From an uncultured Bacillota bacterium (lineage in GTDB: Bacteria; Bacillota; DTU025; MWDF01), in the NCBI GenBank assembly GCA_963823655.1, contig CAWGMK010000004.1, positions 64,001 to 128,000 on the forward strand: 64,000 bases of DNA, given 5' to 3'. Both the position numbers and the translations under genes were made by a program. Positions 56,982 through 64,000 of the stretch are shown here, piece after piece; positions within the stretch are counted from its first letter, which is position 1, and the number at the start of each line of letters is the position of its first letter. The notes beneath the pieces are model-generated. The model was not told the DNA's origin, did no database searches, and saw only the letters and a program-made list of their open reading frames with translations.

Positions 56982-57917
56982 CTATTGAATAGATTTGAGG
57001 TATGCTGCAGCATTTTCAGCCGTAATATTCTGTACCCATGTCGCTATAGTATTAGGTACCCTCATTCCGCTTGCAGCTTCAAAGGCAACCTGTGCTGCAT
57101 ATCTAGCCATCATAGATGGATCCTGTGCAACAGACACTTTAATTGGAGTTTTTCCTTGAATCATAAGCTGAGCAACTTCCGCCATCCCATCGATTGAACC
57201 AACAATTATATTGCCTAGCTTCCCTCTAGCAATTATCGCATCCGCAGCTCCAAGGGCATTGCCATCACTAAAACAAAGCACTCCCTTCACATTAGGGAAT
57301 CTAGTAATAATATCCTCCATAAGAGTCATGTTAATAGCTCTATCTGAGGAACCCCATTTCTCTGCAACAATTTTAATATTTGGATATGCCGCCAAGCCAT
57401 CAACAAAGCCCTGATACCTATGCCTAGCGACTAAGGTTGCCGGCGGACCATTCAGGATTGCTACTTCGCCTTTTCCGCCTAATGCTTCAGCGATGTATTT
57501 CGCAGACATTCTACCAGCGAGTGCGTTATCGGTCCCTACATAGCATGCAAATTTGGCGTTGGGTGATATTGCTCTATCAATTGTGACAACAGTAATCCCT
57601 TTCTCTACCGCCTTATTCACAATAGGAACGATTGCTTCAGCATCAACCGCATTGAGAATTATTGCATTAACCTTTTTCGCTATTAAGTCTTCCATTTGGG
57701 AGATTTGTTTTGCGATATTGTGAGCCGCTTCCACAGATGTAGTGTCAGCACCAAGCTTTGTAGCAGTATCATTTATTGTCTTAAGTAATGCCTGCCAAAA
57801 CTCAGATTCAAGAGTAGCAAACGAAACACCAATCAAAACCTTTGGAGCTCCTATGGTCGCACTAAAAGAAAATGCAACAATTAGGCATACTAAGATCCCA
57901 ACAATAATACGTTTCAT
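56982..57917 (-). CDS. Sugar ABC transporter substrate-binding protein (RbsB-like)
   Basis: Signal peptide, KQISQMEDLI, VVTIDR, VGTDN..AG, RYQGF, SIDG, SVAQDP. Confidence 0.92.
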   Translation of the reverse strand: MKRIIVGILVCLIVAFSFSATIGAPKVLIGVSFATLESEFWQALLKTINDTATKLGADTTSVEAAHNIAKQISQMEDLIAKKVNAIILNAVDAEAIVPIVNKAVEKGITVVTIDRAISPNAKFACYVGTDNALAGRMSAKYIAEALGGKGEVAILNGPPATLVARHRYQGFVDGLAAYPNIKIVAEKWGSSDRAINMTLMEDIITRFPNVKGVLCFSDGNALGAADAIIARGKLGNIIVGSIDGMAEVAQLMIQGKTPIKVSVAQDPSMMARYAAQVAFEAASGMRVPNTIATWVQNITAENAAAYLKSIQ

Positions 57918-58223
57918 GATCTTACCTCCTATAATGATGTTTCAACGACTCGAATGCTGCGAAAACAAGGCAGATGATAGCCTCCCTATTCCCCTCCTTT
58001 CTTTTCAAATAGCCCCTGGCCTCACTCAATTCAATAAATCTCTCCGGTACATTGATATACGTCTATTGATTGAAAAGTTTCCCTTTTAATACCATAATTC
58101 CTTTGTAAATAACCACATATTCGGGATGCTCGTTTTGTAATAATATACAGCGCCCGTGCTTAAGAGATGACATGTTTTAGTGCTGTTTTCGGAAACTTTG
58201 ATGGACCTAAATCTCGGGGTAGT

Positions 58224-60161
58224 TCACTGCTTAATCCTTCTTTGAACTAGAAGTACCACAATTCCTAAAACAAGCCCAATAATATCGGTAATGAAGTTAG
58301 GATCAATAAGCAGTAGTGCACTTACTACAAGGAGCACTCTGGAGAACATCGCAAGCTTATTAAACGCGAAACCCGAAAACGCTGATGCCATCAGCCATAA
58401 ACCCAAGCTAGCGGTTAGTATATTAACACCAAGCCCGGCCCACCAAGTAAACGAGGCCGTCATTCCTATCAGGATTAATTTTGGCGCATAAATGAACATA
58501 TATGGCACAAGAAAGCCTGCGATCGCTATCCTTGTCGCCTTCATACCTGTCTCAAATGCATTGGATTTTGCAAGACCTGAAGCCGCATAAGCGGCTAATG
58601 CCACAGGTGGCGTAATATCAGCGATAACTCCGAAGTAGAAAACGAAGAGATGTGCTCCAAGAAGAGGCACACCCATTCGAGTAAGTGCGGGCGCCGCTAT
58701 CGTCACAAGTACCACATATGTTGCAGTAGTAGGCAGCCCCATACCCAATATTAGGGAGGCCACCATTGTTAACATCAGAGCTATGAGAAGATTTCCCCCT
58801 GAGATGATTTCGATGTACCCTGCCATCTTAAGGCCGATACCGGAGACAGATATCGCCCCGCCGATAATTCCAGCAGCCGCACATGCTACAGCAACTGAGA
58901 CAATACTTTTACTGCCGGATTTCAACGCGTCAAAGACATCCTTCAGCTTAAGCCTAGATGCTCTCCTTAGAAGTCCAACAATAACGGCAGCGACTATTCC
59001 CAAGAACCCGGCTCGCATTGGCGTGTTTCCTATGGCGAGAGAATAGATGACTGCTACCACTGGAAGCATTAAAAGCCCTTCATATCTGAGAAGTCTATAT
59101 AAGCTGGGTACTTCTTCCTTGCTAAGGCCTTTTAAATTGTTCTTCTTGGCCTCCTGATGCACTGCAAAGAATACGCCAATGTAATAAAGTAGGGCCGGTA
59201 TGGCCGCTGCAAGCGCTATCCGTCCATACTTTATCCCTGTATACTCAACCATTATAAAGGCAGCAGCTCCCATAACAGGAGGCATCAGCTGGCCTCCTGT
59301 GGAAGCGGCAGCCTCGACCGCCCCTGCAAAAGCCCTCTTATACCCGTTCTTTATCATTAGAGGTATTGTGAATATCCCTGTAGTAACGACATTGGCTACG
59401 CTGCTCCCGGAAATAATCCCTAGCAAAGCGCTCGACAATACCGCTGTCTTTGCAGGTCCTCCAACCGATCTGCCTACTAGAGAAAGGGCGAACTCGATGA
59501 AGAATTTCCCAACTCCAGTAACCTCAAGAAATGAGCCAAGTAGGATGAATATTGCAATGAACGTTGATGAGGCCCCTATGGGTATTCCGAATACTCCCTC
59601 AGTGCCCATGAACATGTGATCCAATAGTCTCTTAATATTTACTCCTCTATGGGCCAGTATACCTGGCATTTGCCTACCAAAAAGCGCATACAGAATGAAA
59701 ACCACTGCGATGATTACCATTGGTAAACCGATGGCCCGCCTAGTGAGCTCCAATACAAGAACCAGGTAAATAGCACCAATAATAAGGTCCAGCTGCAATG
59801 GCATACCAGAGCGTGAGATAAATGCTCTGTAGTCATTAAGTACATATGCAAGACATGCGATTGCGGCTAGCCCCAACAATATATCATAGAAGGGGACCTT
59901 GCCCTCTTTAAATTTCCTGTTAATTGGGAAAAGCATATAGCCTATTAGCATAGCTACGCTCAGATGAACTATCCTTTGTTGATGAGCTAAAAGTACTCCG
60001 AAAGCAGCTGTGTAAAGATGAAAAAGCGAGTAACCTATAGCAATGACCGCCAATGCTGCTTTAACATAACCCTGCGGTTCCCTAGTACTCGAAAGATTAT
60101 CAAGTGGAACCTCAAGTGCAGAAGGTATTTCTATCAGCTGTTCCTTCCTGTCCGAATCCAT
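58224..60161 (-). CDS. TRAP transporter 4TM/12TM fusion permease (TAXI type)
   Basis: GGPAK, SGSSVANVVTTG, EAAASTGGQLMPPVMGAAAF, LGMGLPT, ITPPVALAA. Confidence 0.95.
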   Translation of the reverse strand: MDSDRKEQLIEIPSALEVPLDNLSSTREPQGYVKAALAVIAIGYSLFHLYTAAFGVLLAHQQRIVHLSVAMLIGYMLFPINRKFKEGKVPFYDILLGLAAIACLAYVLNDYRAFISRSGMPLQLDLIIGAIYLVLVLELTRRAIGLPMVIIAVVFILYALFGRQMPGILAHRGVNIKRLLDHMFMGTEGVFGIPIGASSTFIAIFILLGSFLEVTGVGKFFIEFALSLVGRSVGGPAKTAVLSSALLGIISGSSVANVVTTGIFTIPLMIKNGYKRAFAGAVEAAASTGGQLMPPVMGAAAFIMVEYTGIKYGRIALAAAIPALLYYIGVFFAVHQEAKKNNLKGLSKEEVPSLYRLLRYEGLLMLPVVAVIYSLAIGNTPMRAGFLGIVAAVIVGLLRRASRLKLKDVFDALKSGSKSIVSVAVACAAAGIIGGAISVSGIGLKMAGYIEIISGGNLLIALMLTMVASLILGMGLPTTATYVVLVTIAAPALTRMGVPLLGAHLFVFYFGVIADITPPVALAAYAASGLAKSNAFETGMKATRIAIAGFLVPYMFIYAPKLILIGMTASFTWWAGLGVNILTASLGLWLMASAFSGFAFNKLAMFSRVLLVVSALLLIDPNFITDIIGLVLGIVVLLVQRRIKQ

Positions 60162-60183
60162 TGCTATTAGCCTCCTACTTAAA

Positions 60184-60215
60184 ATGGGATGGAGGGCTAC
60201 CCCCCTCCATCCCAT
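60184..60215 (-). other. Intercistronic stem-loop between TAXI binding protein and permease
   Basis: ATGGGATGGAGGG / CCCTCCATCCCAT perfect 13-bp stem. Confidence 0.7.
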
Positions 60216-60225
60216 AGGTGTATCT

Positions 60226-61182
60226 CTACTTCAGAACTCCCTGCTCTCTATAGAATTTCTCGGCGCCTGGGTGTAAGGGTACCGTAATGCCCTCTAGCGC
60301 GTTGTTAATGTTCAGCGTAGCTCCCATCGCGTGGGAAGCCTTTATGCGATCTAGGTTCTCAAAAAGCATCTTAGTCATCAGATACACATCTGCATCAGAT
60401 ACGGAACTGTCTACAAGTAGCAACATCTTCACCGATACTGACCTAACGTCCTGCGTCATTCCCTTGTAAGTGGTCTTGGGTATCAGAGTCTCTACGTAGA
60501 ACGGGTACTTGCTTATAATCTTGGCTATGGTTTCCTTGGAAAGGCCAATCAGCTCAACAGGCTTGGTAACACTGATATCTACGACGGGTCCATACGGAAG
60601 ACCGGTCTGATAGAATGCCGCATCAGCGTTGCCGTCTCTTAAATACTCAGCGGATTTATTGAAGCCCAATTCCAAGCTCTTGAAATCTGCGAAGGTAAGC
60701 CCTAATGCCTCAAGAACCCTGGTCGAGGCCAACTGGGTTCCACTCGCCGGAGGTCCTACTGCCACTTTCTTCCCTTTTAGATCCTCAACGGTCTTGTAGG
60801 GGGATCCCGCCTTGACGACAACATGGAAACTCTCCGGATAAAGTGCTGCTATTGCCCTCACATGTTTCACAGGAGTGTCCTTGAACGTCTCGATTCCTTG
60901 GTATGCGAACAAAGCTACATCGTTTCCGACCATAGCAAACTCAGCTTCCTTGTTTGCCAAAACGCGCATTGTGTACACGGAGCCGCCTCCGACCTGGTTT
61001 GTCAGGTTAATGTCCTTCTGCTTGCTGTTTAGGACGTCCGCCCAGGCACCCGATATCGCGTACATCGGGCCGCCTACGGGGCCTGTCGTTACGGCGTACA
61101 TCTTCGCCCCAAGGGCGATGCCGTTCATGAGTAAAAGAACTGCCAATAGTGCTGCTGACATGAACAACCGGTACTTCTTCAT
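60226..61182 (-). CDS. TAXI-family TRAP solute-binding protein
   Basis: TGPVGG.MY, GGSV, LYPE..H.VV, VGPPASGT, VPLHPGAEKFY. Confidence 0.93.
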   Translation of the reverse strand: MKKYRLFMSAALLAVLLLMNGIALGAKMYAVTTGPVGGPMYAISGAWADVLNSKQKDINLTNQVGGGSVYTMRVLANKEAEFAMVGNDVALFAYQGIETFKDTPVKHVRAIAALYPESFHVVVKAGSPYKTVEDLKGKKVAVGPPASGTQLASTRVLEALGLTFADFKSLELGFNKSAEYLRDGNADAAFYQTGLPYGPVVDISVTKPVELIGLSKETIAKIISKYPFYVETLIPKTTYKGMTQDVRSVSVKMLLLVDSSVSDADVYLMTKMLFENLDRIKASHAMGATLNINNALEGITVPLHPGAEKFYREQGVLK

Positions 61183-61211
61183 TCGAGATCCTCCTTTACT
61201 TATTTGGATTC

Positions 61212-62458
61212 TTACATCTTTCTTGACGTTTCCAGTATGCTATCGAAGTTGCAGTTTACAGTCTCGAAATCGTCGTAAACCATCGTGAGTATCTGGTCAA
61301 AGTCCTTGAAGCCTGAGCCTGTAACAACGCAGACAACCTTCTCGTCTCGACCGATTCTTCCCATGTCTACAAGATTTTTTAGCGTAGCCAATGATGAGGC
61401 AGCACTCGGTTCTACGAATATTCCCTCTTCACCAAGCCACTTTGTAGCTTGGATCATCTGCTCATCTGTGGCCGATCCTGCACAACCACCTGACTCATAT
61501 ACCGTCTCAAGTGTCCAGTCCCCGAGTAGCCCTGGACTCGCTACTGCAATTGCACTGGCTATCGTGTTGCCCTTGGTAATGCCCGCGGCCTTCTTGTCGC
61601 CCCTTTCGAATGCTTCCGTAATTGGCGCGCAGTTCGCGCTCTGGGCAGCGGTCATCTTAGGCAGACTGTCAAGCAAGCCCAGCCCCATAAGCTCATTGAA
61701 AGCCTTCCAAGTCTTAACTACTGACATACCACCTGCCGCCGGTTGGACGACCCTGTCGGGGGCTTTCCATGAGAAAGCCTCTGCTATCTCATATGCGTAG
61801 CTCTTCTTGCCTTCATAGCGGAATGGATTGTCCGTACCGCAGTCATACCACTTCACTTCTCCGCTGTGAATTAATTGTCTGTATACGGCATTTATCTCGG
61901 AATAATGCCCCCTTACCTTGATAACCTTTGCACCGAAGAATGCTGCTTGGGCAAGCTTAGGTTTTGGCGTCTGCTCTGGGCAGAACACGACGCTTTTTAG
62001 TCCAGCCCTGGCTGCGTATCCCGCCACGGATGATGCTCATTTCCCGTGGAATCGCAGCTTAGGACCTCATATCCGAACTCAACTGCCTTCGTTGCAGACA
62101 CAGCAATAGACCTGTCTTTAAGCGATCCGGTAGGAGAACTTATCGAGTCGGCCAGTATGTGCAGCTCCTTGACTCCTACTATCACTGCCAACCTGGGGCA
62201 ATTTAATAGCGGGCTATACCCCTCCCCAAGAGTTACTATCTTGTCGAAATCCGCCACTGGCATCAGTTCCTTCCAGCGCCAGATGTCCGCGGGGCGTAGG
62301 CGAAGCTCCGTAATGTTAGTGTCCTTGCGAAACGCTTCATAGTCATACTGGGCGTTCAACAGTCCATTGCACGACTCACACAAAAGCCAAGGCTTATCTG
62401 GGGAATAGGTCTTCCCACAGGTATGGCACTTGAACCCTAAGAAATATGGATTTCTCAT
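61212..62458 (-). CDS. Threonine synthase-like PLP enzyme (frameshift near 62040)
   Basis: N-terminal CxxC...CxxC, TLGEG.SPL, PTGSLKDR (PLP Lys), STGN, EGKK, TIASAI, EGIFVEPSAA, TGSGFKD. Confidence 0.85.
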
Positions 62459-63419
62459 TCGCAGATCCTCCCTTTAAACACCTCTGGATTAACTGGTTTT
62501 TCAGGTGTTACGCCATTTAGAATGCCAAGCGCTATGTTGACCGCACCTACGGAAAGTCTCTCAACGCTATCCTCAGTTACGCCGGCCACATGTGGAGTCA
62601 GTATTACATTATCGAACCCAATAAGCGGGCTATCAGAGGGGAGGGGTTCCTCACTGAACACATCAAGTGCTGCTCCAGAGATAATTCCACTGGTCAGGGC
62701 CTTAATGAGGGCGTCTTCATTAACAACCTCTCCTCTTGATGTATTAATCAGATATGCTCCTTTTTTCATAAGAGCTAGTTGGCTTTGCCCAACAATCCCC
62801 CTTGTTTCATCGTTGAGGGGGATATGCAGCGAGATGAAGTCTGCACGTTTAAAAACCAAGGCCATTTCATCTGCCTTCTCGACATAGTTTGGGACATCCC
62901 TTGTGAATGGGTCGAAGGCTAATATTTTCATGTCATATGCAAGCTGGCATCTTTTAGCAACCTCTAGGCCGATCCTTCCTAATCCGATCAGTCCAAGTGT
63001 CCTTCCCGCTAGGTCCCTACCAATTATCTGCGCTCTCGCCTTGGGATAGCCTGCATCCCTTATCATGGTGTCGTATCTCAAAACCTGTTTCGCCAGCAAG
63101 CCAACAACTGTCACTATATGCTCAACGACTGATATAGTGTTGGCACCGGGTACTGCGTAAACTGGTATGGATAAAGCGGTAGCCGCCTTAACATCGATGT
63201 TGTCAACGCCTACACCGTGCCGAATTATTCCTCGGAGGTTCCTTCCCGCATGAATTATGTCCGCGTCTATCCTCTTAAGGCGCGTTATTACCACCTCTGC
63301 GTCACATATTTGTTCGGCAGTTGGCCTTGAGCTGTCGCTTATGTGCACTTCGACACCATATTCTTCAAACAGTTTCATGCCACTCTGGTGGATTCTTCAG
63401 TCAGGAAAACCGAACCCAT
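62455..63419 (-). CDS. D-isomer-specific 2-hydroxyacid dehydrogenase (SerA-like core, no ACT domain; indel near 63392)
   Basis: HGVGVDNID, GLGRIG, LHIPL, NTSRG, LDVFSEEP, TPHVAG. Confidence 0.9.
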
Positions 63420-63431
63420 CTTAGACCTCCG

Positions 63432-63893
63432 TCAGTCCTCAACTTCAGCTATCATCTCTAGTTCAACAGATACATTGAAGGGAAGCTCAGTCATGCCAAC
63501 CGCAGACCTCGCTGGCTTGCCATTGTCGCCGAAGAGCTCACATAGCAGGTCTGAGGCCCCATTTATTATGGCAGGCAGCTCAAGATAACCCTTCTCGACA
63601 TTTATGAAGCCGACTACTTTTACTATCCTCTTTACCTTGTCCAGATCACCTACGACTGCTTTCAGGCAAGCAAGGCAATTCAAGCAGGAATCCCTTGCTG
63701 ACAAGTAGGCATCTTCTGCGTTGATATCAAGGCCTACCCTTCCCACATAGCGCCTTACACCGTTTATTCGAGCCGTTTGACCTGAGGTGAATACTAGACT
63801 CCCAGTCTTTACCGCTGGCACATAGTTACCCGTTGGTTTCGGTGTGTTTGGCAGCTCCAAGCCCATTTCCTTAAGCTTTTCTTCTACTCTCAT
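63432..63893 (-). CDS. Rid/YjgF-family protein
   Basis: GNYVP, SGQ, NGASDLL.ELFG..G.PARSAVG..ELP.N.SVELE. Confidence 0.9.
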   Translation of the reverse strand: MRVEEKLKEMGLELPNTPKPTGNYVPAVKTGSLVFTSGQTARINGVRRYVGRVGLDINAEDAYLSARDSCLNCLACLKAVVGDLDKVKRIVKVVGFINVEKGYLELPAIINGASDLLCELFGDNGKPARSAVGMTELPFNVSVELEMIAEVED

Positions 63894-63905
63894 CTCTTCG
63901 CCCCC

Positions 63906-64000
63906 TTATATATTGACAGTCCATTTCTCCAGAAGTTCCGGGTCCGGATCGGCTCCCAGCCCAGGAGCATCGGGTATTCTGACCATGCTTTTCCTAACCT
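63906..64000 (-). CDS. Enolase-superfamily (mandelate racemase/MLE) enzyme, C-terminal fragment
   Basis: VRKSMVRIPDAPGLGADPDPELLEKWTVNI*; the P..PGLG tail is typical of this superfamily. Confidence 0.7.
   Translation of the reverse strand, partial: VRKSMVRIPDAPGLGADPDPELLEKWTVNI

Larger units (their letters stand above)
47300..64000. other. Mostly AT-rich catabolic island (right end outside window)
   Basis: Visible switch from GC-ending to A/T-ending codons near 47.3-48.7 kb; all genes catabolic or transport; no integrase in window. Confidence 0.65.

Noticed and set aside
57920-58220. Small ORF or ncRNA between TRAP permease and sugar-binding protein (two SD-like purine runs)
   Set aside because: No start codon at proper spacing after the SD-like runs and no convincing structure; most likely a promoter/operator region.

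Overview
Bacterial chromosomal window with Bacillota-like organisation (pcrA-ligA-gatCAB order, Bacillus-type TTAACA Pho box, split transketolase); the taxonomy is inferred. Left to right: dnaK(3' end)-grpE-dnaJ-clpB; a ~2 kb AT-rich islet with a decayed tRNA-Arg 3' half and an HNH gene; an SH3/NlpC-P60 protein lacking its catalytic residues; a long minus-strand run gltX-pcrA-ligA-gatCAB-GGDEF-phoBR-pstSCAB-phoU; accessory genes (nitroreductase, HAD, beta-propeller, CopG-MFS, TldD/PmbA, EamA); two paralogous MarR + heterodimeric ABC exporter modules around a degenerate serine resolvase, two SDRs and tandem lipoprotein genes; and from ~47.3 kb to the end a mostly AT-rich catabolic island (DUF1537 kinase, M20 hydrolase, three cyclase-family hydrolases, split transketolase, sugar ABC, TAXI-TRAP, threonine synthase-like enzyme, 2-hydroxyacid dehydrogenase, Rid protein, enolase-superfamily fragment). 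Single-base frameshifts are pervasive even in essential genes, so most are probably consensus errors. The strongest anomaly is not an indel: two diverged tandem cyclase paralogues carry the same in-frame TAA at codon 222, yet the 54 codons after it differ almost only synonymously and carry predicted metal ligands. This points to stop-codon readthrough/recoding, a systematic base-calling artefact, or gene conversion. No CRISPR array, rRNA, intact tRNA or intact transposase was seen.
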